NCBI RefSeq assembly: GCF_963921235.1
Contig: NC_086107.1
Location: forward strand, 94,242,001 to 94,306,000
Direction of reading: 5' to 3'
Length of the DNA: 64,000 nt
From: Mobula hypostoma
Taxonomy: Eukaryota
Shown: piece after piece, positions 24,696 through 38,300 of the stretch
Layout: each line of letters opens with the position of its first letter
How positions within the stretch are numbered: the stretch's first letter is position 1
Notes under the pieces: model-generated
Told to the model about the DNA's origin: nothing
Databases searched by the model: none
What the model saw: only the letters and a program-made list of their open reading frames with translations
Program-made: the position numbers and the translations under genes

Positions 24696-26879
24696 GTTTA
24701 TTTTCCTTTCTCATTTTTTCCCCATTCCTAAAGTTGCTAAGATACGTTGGAGGTTCCACAGGTACCAACTATTGCCTTGTTGCTAACTCACGTCCAAACC
24801 TCCACACTACGTCCAAACAGAGAGAGCACTAGCAAATATGTGAAGCACATTGTAACCAAGTAAAATAGGCAGAAATTGTTCAGAATCATTAGCGGCAGCA
24901 GGGCAGTGCAATGCACTATAAGATGACTTTAAGTTCAATAAGAAGTATAAAAAAAATAAATAATTAGAGTGAAGAGAGCGCAAAATAGTGAGGTGCTGCT
25001 CATGGACCACTCATAAATCTGATGCCAGAGAAGAGTCTGTTCCAAAACCATCTACTATGTCTCTTCAGGCTACTGTACCTTTCTAATGGTAGTAATGAGA
25101 AGAGGGCACACCCTGGGTGGTAAGGGGCCTTAATGATGGATGCTTCTTCAGGCATTGCCTTTTGAAGATGTACTTGACGGTGGGGAGGCTAGTGCCCACG
25201 TGGAGCTGGCTGAGTTTGCAGCCCCCTGGGGCTTTTTCCAATCCTGTGAATTGGAGCCTCCATATCAGACAGGGACACGACAATTAGAATTCTCTCCACT
25301 GTACAACTGAACAAATTTGCCAGCACATTTGGTGACATGCCAAAGCTCCTCAAACTCTTGATGAAAAGTAACCGCTTTTGTGCTTTCTTCGCAATGGCAT
25401 CAACACATTGTCCCTGGATTGACCTTCAGAGATGCCGGCAGCCAGGAATTTGAAAGTGCTCACCGGTTCAACTGCTGACCCCCTCATGCATAACATTTTG
25501 CTACCAGAATCTCCACTTCCTGCCACGCAGATACTCCAATGGGCCAATAGCAGACCTTTCCAATAGACAGAAGCCTGGTAAAATTTGCTCAGTACTGCTC
25601 TCTGCAGATCCCTTAAAGCTTATCAAATCAGGGATTCAGAAAGACAGTCAACATTCCAAAATTTCCTTTCTCCGCCACCTATCCTAACTTACCCACCTTT
25701 TCCAAAAGATTATGCGGCATTTAGGATGACAGCTAAAGTGTTTGAAGTTAATGGCACTCTTTGATGAGTGTTTTCGGGAATCCTCCATTTGTGGTACCAG
25801 CCATGTAGTGCTTGGGGAAGTGAGCCTTTCAACATGTGTTCTCCTTTTTCAGTTTTGTGAAAGTATTTCCTCATTTTGTGAACATGTCTAATTGATCTCT
25901 CAACTTCCTCAGCTCAGAGAGAGAAAGTTCAGTGGTTTTAATGCCTGTGTTGTATCAGGTGTTATGTTTTCTATCTTACAATGGTGTGGCATTGGGGGAT
26001 ACCCACAACATAAAGCCTGTAAAGTAAACCAAAAGTTCTGAATCCACAGAGCAGGCCACAGAGGAACTGTTCTTCGTTATCCACAGCAGCTAGCTGTTCA
26101 CACTAACACCAGTTTATTTTTAATCCTTATTTCTGATTTACTTCCCTTTCTTTGAGGTGTTTTGATTGGAATAAATAAGGAAAATTTGGTTTCGGAGGCG
26201 GTGGGAGGAGGTGGAGATTGATAACCACATGGTGTAAATTTTAAGGTAATGTATCCTCTGGTGTTTGTTTTTGCTAGTTGTTTTTTTTAATGCAAGAAGT
26301 GATCTAGAATGCAATTTAATGAAAGTGATAGCAGCAGATTCAGCTTCATCTCTGGAAAGGGAATTGGATAACAAATTGAACTGTGGGGCTAAGAGGAAAC
26401 AATGGGGCAGTGGAGCAAAATGAGGGTTAAATCAGGGCTAAGTGTAGGGCAAAAACCTATGGGCCAGTCAGGCTAAGTTTGGGACTAAATGTGGGGCTAA
26501 GAGAAAAGTCTGAGGCAGTGGGACTACATAGCTCTTTTTGAAGGGCAGCTATAGTGTAATAGGATGAAAGGCATCTTCTGTTCTGATTATGTTTTGTTTT
26601 ATTTTATTTTCATATATTCCTAGCTCAAGTCTATGCAAAGTAATCTCACATTACTCTTCACTACCATACCCAGTCTCACTTCCTAAAACAGCTTTTCTGT
26701 AGCTCCTTCATGAACCTGCTGTTGAAAGTTGTATTCTGGTTCTTTATCTCGATTACTTGCATTACAGCTAGACTGAGACTACAAAAACCTTTCATTTCTT
26801 TCATGCAGGGCTTTAACAGCTTGTACTTAAAAACACCCAGTAAAGAACTTATTCAGAAGTATCGCAGATCACTGTGGAA

Positions 26880-27105
26880 CGCATACAAATTGCTGGAGGA
26901 ACTCAGCAAGCCAGGCAGCTTCTTTGGATCAGAGTACAGTCAAAGTTTTGGGCCGAGACCCTTCAGCAGGACAGGGTCTTCCTGCTGAAGGGTATCAGCC
27001 CAAAATTCCAACTGTACTCTTTTCCAAAGATGCTGCCTGGCCTGCTGAGATCCTCCAGCATTTTGTGTGTATTGCTTGGATTACCAGCATCTGCAGACTC
27101 TCTCT
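26880..27105. mobile_element. Palindromic mini-element of two back-to-back PLE terminal repeats
   Basis: Arms of about 90 bp: ..GAGACCCTTCAGCAGGA cagggtct TCCTGCTGAAGGGTATC..; both hammerhead cores are mutated. Confidence 0.8.
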
Positions 27106-27499
27106 AGTTTCTGACGGATCACTGTGGTACCACTTTGACACTCTGAATTGGATTTCCAGCTTTTTAATGTTGGGGGTGGCATGGTTAGGTTAACACCTTA
27201 TAACGCCATCGATATGGGTTCAGTTCGCGCCACTGCCTGTAAGGAGTTTGTACATTCTTCCCATGACTGTGCAGGTTTCTGCTGGGTGCTCCAGTTTTCT
27301 CCCACATTCCAAAGACAGGTGGGTTAGGGTTAGGAAGTTATGGGCATGCTACGTTATGGCACTAGCAGGCTGCCTCGGACTGTGTTGGCCATTGGTACAA
27401 CCAACACATTTCACTGTATGTTTCCATGTACGTGTGAACAAATACAGCCAATCTTAAAAAAACTCTTTAAATCATTAATCTTTGGAAGCATCAACTAAC

Positions 27500-28372
27500 A
27501 ACTGCAGATGTTGGAATCTAGAACAACTCGCAGGCATTGGAGGAACTGGGGAGTTCAGGCAGCATCTGTGCAGGAGAAAGTACAGTCAGTGCTTTGGAAA
27601 CCTAAAACCTTAACTGTCCGTTACCATCCCTAGACATTGGCCAACCTGCTGAGTTCCTCCAACTTTTTTGTGTTTAGCACCATTATTATTTTGGTTATAA
27701 AAACTAAGCCAAATGGCTACCCAGAGTACGGAGTAGTCTCAGTATCAGTCCTGTAGAGTTATCAGTATTTGGGCAGCAGCTTTCCCATGTGGCAGTGGAT
27801 GGTGGTTTTTAACGAGGGCACAAAGATGCTCTTTCCAGCCTGATAAAGGGTTTTGACCCAAAACGCCAACAATTATTTTCTTCTCACAGATGCTGCTCGC
27901 CCTGTTGAGTCCTTCCAGCAGATTGCTCCAGATTCCAGCATTTGCAATCTCCTCTAATTGTTTTCTGTAAAGTGTGCAGGTTAGGGGTGTGAAGATCACC
28001 GCATATGGTACCTTTTGCAAGTGAACAGAGTATAAGCCTTCATGATATATTGGTCGAGACTAATTCCCCAGCCAGAGCTGCCGACAGAGCTGTGGAATGG
28101 GGAAAACTGGTGATGTAGGATCCCAAATAACACACCCACACACACACAAAACGGTGGAGGAAATCAGGTCAGGCAGCATCTATGGAAAGGACAAAAAAAG
28201 AGTTGGAATTTCGGGAAGAGGCCTTTCATTTAGACCTGATAAAGAGTCTCAGCCCAAGACGCCAACTACTTATTCCTTTTCATGGATGCCGCCTGATCCG
28301 CTGAGTTCCTCCAACATTTTGAGTGTTGATGTGGGTTTCCTTCATCTGCAGAATCTCTTCTGTTTGCAGAAA
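27500..28372. mobile_element. Cluster of three PLE terminal-repeat derivatives (about 27500-27680, 27835-27955, 28130-28372)
   Basis: Each has GGAGGAACTCAG..GGCAGCATCT and/or its inverse; CCTGATAAAGGG..CCCAAAACGCC and CCTGATAAAGAGTCTCAGCCCAAGACGCC are hammerhead remnants. Confidence 0.75.
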
Positions 28373-28769
28373 TGATGAAACCTGCTTTATGCTAAGCAAT
28401 GTGCAAGAGGTACAGTGCCTCAAAGCACTCCACCATCTACAAAACTCAAGACATCGCTCGCATGGATAAATCCAGATGGAAAACTAGGGTAGAAGAATTT
28501 TTGTGAAAACACCCCTTGGTACTGGACCTATTCTATTCTCTGACCTTATGACACACTGTGTTGCAATGTTCACCAGCTGAAGAATATACAGCAATAATGC
28601 AAAGTTACTTCATCAGGATTATCTAAATTACTGAACCCTCATTGCATAATAATGTTTGGGACTCCAATGATTTTAACCAAATAAGTAAGGGACTAGCAAA
28701 CCCAGGTTCAATTTTGGCAGCATGTGTAAGGAGGTTGCACATTCTCCCTATGATCATATGGATTTAGAC

Positions 28770-29600
28770 AGTAAGAAAAAAGAGCAGAATTAGGATACTT
28801 GGCCCATCAAGTCTGCCCTGCCACTCAATGATTGATTTATTATCCCCCTCAACTCCATTCTCCTGCCTTTTCCCCATAACTTTTCAACCTCTGCTTTAAA
28901 TATACTCAATGACTTGGCCTGCACAGCCATCCGTGGGAATGAATTCCACCAATTCGTTACTCTCTAGCTAAAGAAATTCCTTCTCATCTCTGTTCTAAAT
29001 AAATGTCCCTCTATTCTGAGGCTGTGCCCTCTGGTCCTACATTCACCCACTATAGGAATCCTCTCCACATCCACTCTGTCTAGGCCTTTCAATATTCGAT
29101 AGGTTTCAATGAGATCCCCTCTCATTCTTCTAAACTCCAGTAAGTACAAGCCCAGGGCCATCAAATGCTCCTCATATGTACGTTAACCCTTTCATTCCTG
29201 GAATCATTTTTATGAACCTCTTCTTGACCCTCTCCAATGCTAGCACATCTTTTCTTTGAAAAAGGAAACAAAGCTACTCACAATACTCTAAGTGCGGTCT
29301 GAGCAATACCTTATAAAGCCTGAGCGTCACATCTTCAAGAAATGAACGCTAACATTGCATTTTCCTTCTTTGCTGCAACTGAACCTGCACGTTAACCTTT
29401 AGGGAATCCAATGACCATACACCTCCCTACGCTAAATTCCATCTGTCACTTTTTTGCCCATTCTCCCAATCTGTCCATGTCCTTCTGTAGACTACCTGCT
29501 TCCTCAGCATTATCTTACCCTCCAACTAACTTGGGACTCTCTGCAAACTTGGCCTCAAAGGCATCAATTCCATCATCCAAATCATTGATAAATTGTGTGA
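28770..29600 (-). mobile_element. CR1 LINE fragment
   Basis: RRMRGDLIETYRILKGLD and FINDLDDGI..KFA. Confidence 0.85.
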
Positions 29601-29789
29601 AAAGGCAGTCCTCTGGGTGCTGCAATTCCCTCCCACATTCCAAAGATGTACAGGTTACGGTTAGAAGAGGTGGGAATGCTAGTTTGGTGCCGGAAGCATG
29701 GCTGCCCCACCAGCACATATTCAGCTGATATTGGTCTTTGACACAAACAATGCATTTCACAGAGTTGCCCTCCAAGCTACTGTACATTT

Positions 29790-29900
29790 GTGGGCAGCAC
29801 GGTAGTGTAGTTGTTAGCGTAACACCGTTGCAGCGTCAGCAACCCAGATTCAATTCTGCCGCTAACTGTAAGATGTTTGTATGTTCTCCCCATGACCCAG
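29790..29900 (+). mobile_element. tRNA-derived SINE of HE1/V-SINE type (other copies at about 6240-6540, 14980-15240, 27170-27450, 30205-30517, 36045-36330, 50115-50345; minus strand about 5390-5630, 17420-17660, 47980-48170)
   Basis: GGGCAGCACGGTAGTGTAGTTGTTAGCG (A-box-like) and GATTCAATTC (B-box-like); longer copies share GGGTTTCCTCCGGGTGCTC..CCTCCCACA. Confidence 0.75.
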
Positions 29901-30007
29901 TAATCTCTTCGAGATAAAGTTTTAGAGCAACTAGAGTAGGCTTTTCAGTGTCGCATAACAGCTTACGCCAGGAGAGACAAGTTAAAAGCAAATGCAAAAA
30001 TCCATAC

Positions 30008-30110
30008 CTCAGACTTCATATAGGCCGCCACACCTTTTGCAGCGCTGATAATCACGTAGGGAACTCGATCGCCCAGATTAGGAGCACTCCCTGCATCTCG
30101 CTTTCGCATC
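30008..30110 (-). CDS. POLD1: POLD1 exon (equivalent to exon 22), 103 nt
   Basis: caaacag|exon|gtatgg; (R)[34 protein letters not shown]. Confidence 0.98.
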
Positions 30111-33100
30111 CTGTTTGACAAGAACAAAATTAAAGTTAAAAAAAAGCTGATTAACATTTTAAGGTAAATTCCAATCAAATTATTCAACTTTCTTGACTGA
30201 CTGGCGTAGTTGTTAACACAATCATTTTAGAGCGTCGGCAGTAAGATCAGGGTCCAGTACCCACCGCTGTACACCCTGTGACTGAGTGGGTTTCCTCCAG
30301 GTGCTCTAGTTGCCTCCCACATTCCAATGGTGTTCGGATTCGGATTAGTAAATTGGGGGCATGCTACGTTGGCACTGGAAGTGTGGTGACACTTGCAGGC
30401 TGCCCCCAGAGTCATAGAAAACTATAGCGCTGAAACAGACCCTTCAGCCCATTTAGTCCATACCGAACCATTAATCTGCCCTTGGACTCTGTTGACCGAT
30501 AATGCAAACGTCACATTGTGTGCATTTCAATAACTTCAGTGGTCCTAATACTGACCCCTCGCCTTACCTCCGCAACATCTCAAGTGTGGAGAGAACCCCT
30601 TTTAGGATGTGTCTGTTATCGACAAGACGAGGACTTATAACTCAACCCTAAAGGTTATCAGCTACCCCCTTGAACTGCCACAGTCCTTGCGGAGAAGCTG
30701 CTACCTCAATGACATTAAGATGGGGATTGCCAGAGAAGAAATTGTGACAAAGGGGCTTGCTTTTCTGTTGTCTTGTTTAGTTGTTGTTGCAGCTTGTGTT
30801 GTCTGAATAATATAAGCGTACTATGTTGGCATTGAAATGTCTGGCGACACTTTTGGGCTGCCCCCAACACATCCTTGGATTCGTTAGCTGTTTTTGCCGA
30901 CAATGCATTTCACCGTACGTTTCAATGTTCATGTGATAAGTAAATTTGAATCGAAAACAGACACTCAGTAGCCACTTTATTATGCATCTCCTGTTCCTAA
31001 AAAAAATGTGGCCACTGAGAATATATTCGTGATCTTTCGCTGCTGTAACCCATCCACTTTTAGGTTCGATGTGTTGTGCGTTCAGAGATGTTCTTCTGCA
31101 CACCACTATTGCAATGCGTGGTTATTCGAGTTATTGTCTGCTTGGCCATTCTCCTCTGACCTCTCTCATGAACAGGGCGTTTTTGTTTTGTTGCTCAGGA
31201 AGTCAAAACTCCAGTTGCAAAGGGAGATGTTAAGTCCCAGGTCTAGAGGTTCGGAGATGCGCTTGGATTATGGTATTGAAGTGAGAGCTGTGGTCAATAA
31301 ACAGTAGTCTTGTCTTTACTGTCCATATGCTGCAGAAATAAATGGAAACCAAATATATTTTCTTCTACTGCTGAAGTATCACTCTAATTTCAATCATTCA
31401 AATTTGACTCTGAAGCATGACACACCCTTAACCATTTATATCTGTGGGGCCTCAACCATGTCAGCAGATTGCTTTTCAGAAGGCAATATTGTACCTCTGC
31501 CCAAGAGGAGCAGTAGTCTGCTGGTTATAAGGATACAGGATTTAAACCAAGATGTAGTCATTTGCAATGAAGCTCCTGGTGATTTTGAATTTATTTAAAT
31601 CTTACATTCATCCCACAATGACTGGGAGTAAAATCTTTCCATTATGACTCCGTCACAATGTACAGACATGTGAGTTAATAAACAGCTTGCAGAAAGCTGT
31701 CCCGTAGCCTGTTGGTCCTGGCTTTAATGCTGCAGTGCTATTTGTCAATGGAAGCAGCTGAAGCAGTTTATGGTTGAGGTGACGAGTGTCCCTGATGATC
31801 TTCCAGGCCTTCTTTCTGTACCTGCTGCTGTAAATGTCCTCAATGGAGGCAAGTTATCGTCCACAGATGTGCTGGGCTGTGCATACCACTCTCTTCAGTG
31901 CACAGTAATCAAGGTTGGTGCAGTTCCTGTACCAGGCAGTGATGCAGCCAGTCAGGATGCTCTCAATGGTGCCCCTGTAGGAGGTCTTAAGGATTTAGGG
32001 GCTCATGCGGAACTTCTTCAGTTGCCTGAGGTGGAAGAGATACTGTTGTGCTTTCTTTGCAGCCGGTGTATACAGTCCAGGTGAGATCAAATGTCTTTGT
32101 GGCATACAGAATCTCCTCAAACTCCCAAAGAAGTAGAGCTGCTGGCATCCTTCTCTGTGAATGCATTGAATTATTGGGCTCAGGATAGACTCTCTGAGAT
32201 GCTCACACCCAGGAACTTGAAGCTTCCCACGCTTTCCACTGCTGACCCCTCAATGACGTCGGGTGTATCTTTTCCTGACCTCCCCCTCTGGTCCACAATC
32301 ACTTACGTTGAGTGTGGGTAGCAGTTGCAACATCACTGAACTAGCCAATCTATCTATCTCACTCCTGTACGCCTCCTTGGTTGCCATCTGAGATTCTATC
32401 ATTAACTGTGGTGTCATTGTGGAATTTATAGACGGTATTTGATCTGTACTTAGCCACACATTCATGAGTGCAGAGAGAGTAGAACACTGGGCTAGGAATC
32501 AGCTTTATTATCCTGATGCACATCGTGAAATAATGTTTTGTGGCAGCAGTACACTGCATACGGCAATGTGAAGAAGTCTTAGCCACATATAGGTTGCTAG
32601 GGCACCTAAAACTTTTGCACAATGTGGAGTGAAGACAGAGTTTGTAAATCTGGTGGGAGCAAAGGATGCTGGGAATGGCAAGGGTGGAGTGCTGCAGAAG
32701 GGGTGTGGGACAGGTGGCAGAGGAGTACCAGGGGTGGGGTAGCACGGGTGGAGACACATCCAGCCCTGATAGACCAGACAAGATCATTTGATTCCAAACG
32801 ATTGGTTTATTGATCAATACAAAATGTCCCTCTGGTGCGTCCCACTCCCTCCCCTCTTTCCCAACCATGATTCCTCTCCCTGCCCCCTTCCAACTCTCAG
32901 TCCACAACAGAGACCCATATCAGAATCAGGTTCATTATCAATCCTACACGCCATGAATTTTTTTTGCGGCAACAGTACAATGCAATACATAAAATTACTA
33001 CAGTACTGTGCAAATACATATAAGACCTGCACAATACTGGATGTAATATAAAAATACTATAAGTTATAATAAGAAATAAAATAAATAAGTACAAAAAGAG

Positions 33101-34049
33101 AGCAAAACAGCCAGGTTGTGTTCATGGGTTCATGCACAAATTCTTGAGGTGTGCCTCAATTTACTTTCAAGTTTGTGGTTTGAAATACTACATTAAAAAT
33201 AATCAGCTGTTTCTCCTCCTCTTATAAAATACTCCAAATCCATTTGATCTTACTGACTACTCGGTGGTACAATTCCTTCAGTAATCCACAAGCTGTGCAC
33301 GAGTTGACAGTATCAGGAAGATTTGGTCCAACAGGAATCACAACACTGATCACGGGCAGGAAGGGAGGCTCATTTTTCACCTCGCATCTCAAATAATTGA
33401 TGAAACCTACACATGCAAGGGGACAGGATTTATTTAAGATGCCGACCACTGTTAAATACCCTCGAAAATACACACCCACACGCACAAAGAACAGTCACAA
33501 GTGTCATGCTGCAAGCTGACCGCGAACCGCCACCTGGCAAAAGGCAGAATTTTCAAGAAAAGTGGCATTATATTAAAACAAAGAGCAAAACTAATATTCT
33601 AGCAAGATTATGAGACTCCTTCAAAATGCATGCTGCCAAAACCAATTATACAAGCAATCATACCAAAGGGAATCTTGCTTAAGATGAATATGAAAAAACA
33701 CCTTGTGATTATGTGAGTACAATAGAAAAGAGAAAAATCTAAACATTGCCAATGAACTAAAAATAGACCAGCCTTGATTACAAAGATTACCCACTACCCA
33801 CAAAGAAGCCACAACTGTGCATAGGAAAGTCCCACAATCCTTTACGTGGGTCTGATTAATTCTATAATAAGATATCACTGGCCAAACACCTGCATCAGAT
33901 ATACGCCTTACAGTGAAGGCAGGGAGATTGGGCCAGTCTGTTAGCTAAGCGTAACCTCTGAGCCTCTTTTTTATTTCACTTCAGACTAATATGTTCAGTC
34001 AAGCACATTAAAGAGCCTACACTACCCTTGTGTGTGGGAGAATGCATAC

Positions 34050-35370
34050 ATCTCTCCAAGGCCTTTGACAAGGTCCTGCATGGTAGGAAGGTTAGATCAC
34101 TTGGGTCCAGGGTATGCTAGCAAAGCAGCAGTGAATTAATGGGAGCTTTTTGTTTTGGAGGACTGAGACAATGTTGTGCCGCAGAGATTTGTGCTGGGTG
34201 CACATTGGTTTATCATCAACTTTAATGATTTGGATGAGAATGCAGTTGGCCTGGTTAAGTTTGTAGCTGACATCAAAATCCAGACTTGAATCCATTTATT
34301 TATCACATGTACATCACAGCAAAATGTATCAATTGTGTTAACAACCAACACAACACAAGGATGCGCTGGGGACAGCCCGCAAGTGTCACCACACATTCCG
34401 GTGCCAGCACAACTTTGCCCACAACGTCGAGCAGAACAACACAAGCAACAACAATGAAAACAACAGAATAATAGCAACAGCAGCAAAATAATCCTCTTTC
34501 CTCCCTCCCACCCACCCACTCACAGCGATAAGCCTCCAACCCTAGGACAAGGCGCCTCCAGGCCTCCGTTGGACTTGCTGACACTCAGACATCGGTTGGA
34601 GGCTAACATTAAGTTATCTGCATTTACACCAGGATCTAGATTAACTGGGAGGCGTGGATTTTAACTTGGACAAGTGGGAAGTGGGAAGTGGGAAATTAAA
34701 CTAGGATAGGACCCTTGCACAGTAAATGACAGGGCTTTGGGGCGTGTTGTTGGACAGGGAGACCTAGAGGTACAAATACATAGTTCCCTCCAATAGCGAC
34801 AAAGGTAGACCGGGTGAAGGTGGCATTCGACATGCTTGCCTTCATCAGTCAGGGCATTAGTTGAGACATCTGGATAGTGGCAAGGTCACACTTTGAATAC
34901 TGTGTGCAGGTCTGGACATCTGGGTATAGGAAGGATTTTATTCAGCTGAAAAAGCTGTAGAAAACATTTACGAGGATGCTACTGCCACTGGAGGGCTTGC
35001 ATTACAAGGAGAGACTGGATAGGCTTGGGCATTTTTTTGTCCCCCCCACAGTGTAGAAGACCGGGGCAATATTATAGAGGTATATTAAATTGTGAAGGGT
35101 GCAGGCAAGTTGAATGGTCAGTCTTTTTACCAGGGTAAGGGATTGAAAAACTAGAGAACATAGATTTAAACTAAGGGCGCAAGATTTAAAGGCGACCACA
35201 GGGGCAGCTTTTTCCAGAGGGTGGAGCAAACTTCTAAAGGAAGTGGTAGAGGCTGGTACAATCCCAATATTTAAATGATATTTGGACATGGACAGAAAAG
35301 GTTTTGATGGAAACGGGCTAAGCGCAAGTAAATATGGGCCAAGGACAAGCTCAGCCAGGCAGAATGATTG
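34050..35370 (+). mobile_element. Decayed CR1 LINE interrupted by another repeat (about 34285-34600)
   Basis: AAGGCCTTTGACAAGGTCC RT start and CR1-type 3' region. Confidence 0.7.
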
Positions 35371-38300
35371 ACATAGAGGAATCTGAATCAAGCTTAATAT
35401 CATTGAATTATGTCATGAAATTTGTTTTGCGGCAGCAGTATAGTGTAATACATAAAGTAAAAACTAAGACTTCCTTGCTCCTATACTTAAATTCGCTTGC
35501 AAGGAAGACCAACATACCACTTGCCTTCCTAATAACTGTTTTAACTGAAGTTGCGTTCAGCTGCTGGTGAACTTGGACACCCTGATTTCCTTTCATCTTT
35601 TCTCTTCCCAAACTATCACCATTCAGATAATGCTCCACACTCCAGTTTAGCGCAAATAGCACAAGAGAAAAATCATTGCAAACACATTGGAGATAACACT
35701 GCTGAAAATCCTCAGTATGACTGCGTGGAGAACTACGTCTTGTTGCGTTTTTGTTAGTTTTTTTATGTGGGGAGAGGGGGATTCGGAGGCCGATGTTCTT
35801 GCTGCACTTCATTCGGGGGGGGGGGTTTGATGAATCTGTTGCCAATCTTTTTTTTTGTGCTGGAGAAGGTGGGTTTGCTGTTTCTCCCTGAACTAACTTC
35901 CATGGTTTTGCTTTGTTTCTTGGCTATCTGGAGAAGAAGAATCTCAGAGTTGTATACTGCATACATACTTGATAGCAAATAAACTTTTTAGGGGTGGCCC
36001 GAAAGGCTCGTTCCTGGAAGGTAGGACTCCACGCTAGTACATCAGGGCACCACGGTAGAGTAGCGGTTATCGTGATGCTACAAGAGCTCGGGGTATTGGA
36101 ATTCGGTGTTCAATTCCAGCACTGCTTGAAAGGAGTTGTATGTTCTCACCATGACCGTGTGAATTTTCCTCTGGGTGCTCCAGTTTCCTCCCACAGTCCA
36201 AAGACCAAAGACAAGGTTAACTGGTCACTGTGAATTGTCCTGTGATTAGGCTAGCTTTAAATAGGTGGGTTGCTGGGTGATGCAACTCACTGGGGCAAAA
36301 GGGCCTGACTTGTGCTATTTCTAAATTTAAAAAAATATTCTATCGTTATGCAAAATGATAAAACACAGGTAAAGTGGTGCTGGTTTATCCTACCTGTCCC
36401 ACACAAGCTATGCATTGCCACATTCACACACTGACCTTGAAACATGCAATCCCCTAATAGTATACCAGAATACTGACACTAGCTGTTTAAAAGTATATCA
36501 AGTCAGAATTGCAGTTAGAGATTATGTCAGGTACACTATGACATGGTTTGGAGCTATAGACAATAGTGCTCCACAAATTTAAATCTTTAAGTCCAATTAG
36601 TTGCAGACTTAGTGGTTCTTCTCTCACTCTACTGTTGATATCAAAAAAGTAAAGGTTGTTTCAGTCACAGGAAATCTGAGCAATTTTATCTCAGAGCAAC
36701 TTTTTTTTATTTTTGCGCAACGGCTTCTGGTCTTGCAGCTGCTATGTGACCTAGCCTCAAGTTGCTATTTCTGCATTTCCTGCAAGATACAGGTCAACGA
36801 TTCTGGCAACTCACTGGAAACAAATTAAAATGTGTGTCCAAATGCAATATTCCTGCTCTGTATTGAGACTGGGAAAAAAACTCATTCATATCCAATTAAA
36901 AAATTACTTCAATAAACTGACACTACATCTAATGCTAACAATATCTCAGAGTGAAGTGCTTGATGGACTCAATATGTTAAAGTTACGAAACACGTTGGTG
37001 AAGCCTAATTTGGAGTATTATGCACAGTTCTGTTTCCTACAGGAAAGAATTCAGTAAGATGGAAAGAGCACAGAGAAAATTTAGAAGGACACGAGGGTCT
37101 GAATTATAGGGAAAGGTTGAATAGGTCAAAACTTTATTTCCTAGAGCATAGGAGAATGAAGACAGGTTTGATAGAGGCATACAAAATTATGAGGGGTATA
37201 GATGGGGTAAACGTAAGCAGGTTGGATGAGACAAGAACTAGAGGTCATGGGTTAAGGGTGAAAGATGCAAGTTTTAAGGAGAACATGAAGTGGGAATATC
37301 TTCACTCAGAGAGTGGTGAGAGTATGGTATGATCTGCCAGAACTGGTGGATGGGTTTCAATATCAAGGCTTAAGAGCAATTTGGAAAGGTACATGAATAG
37401 AAGGGGCACGGAGGTTATGGTCGGGTGCAGATCGATGGGACTAGGCAGAATAATAGCTCGGCATGGGCTAGATGATCCAAAGGGCCTATTTCTGTGCTGC
37501 AGTGTTCTTCGACTCTCTTCGTAGAAATTCCCACAGTCATCATAACCTGGGGGGGATTGGCGGGTAAGCTCGTAATTGTACAGGTAAATCATGAATAATA
37601 ACACATTTTTAACTGTGGTATTGGAATTTATCCAAGTGCAAAGGGATTTTTCTGAGGGATCATTGGGAAGTCCCATTGCTTCTTGAGATTACACAAAAGA
37701 ACTTGAATTTATTAAGTGACGTTCATGCAGAGCACCTTGCTTATTTTTGCTATAATTGCAGGAAGACCGGTTTCCAATTTGCACACAGCAACATTTCAAA
37801 GTGAGAAACAAAGAAAACATTTGTCTTCTTAAGCTTCAGTGAAATGGTAAGCATTGACCAGTATACCACAGAAAATTCCCTCATTCCAGTACCATAGGAT
37901 CGCTCATGTCAACTCAGGATAGCAGACAAGACTTCATTTTAATATCTGCTCAAAACAAAGGCACAGTGCAGTAATCTTAGGATAATACACTCAAGTTCCA
38001 GCAATAGAGAGCATGGCCCCGTTGACCTTAGCCTGATCAATACATGCTCAACACCAAAGAGGTCCCAGCTTCAATCAGATAGTCAGTGCTAAGTTACCTC
38101 ATCGCATAAGACACAAGAACAGAACTGAACCATTCGGCCCATCAAGTCCGTTCTGCCAACCCTCTCAACCCCATTCTCCTGCTTTCTCCCTGTAACATGT
38201 GACACCCTGACTAATCAAGAACCTATCAACCTTTGTTTTAAATATACCCAATGAATTGGCCCTCACAGTCATCTGTGGCAATGAATTCCACAGATCACAA

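Noticed and set aside
29790..29865. tRNA gene
   Set aside because: Has A/B-box-like motifs but no cloverleaf, and continues into a SINE body found many times in the window.
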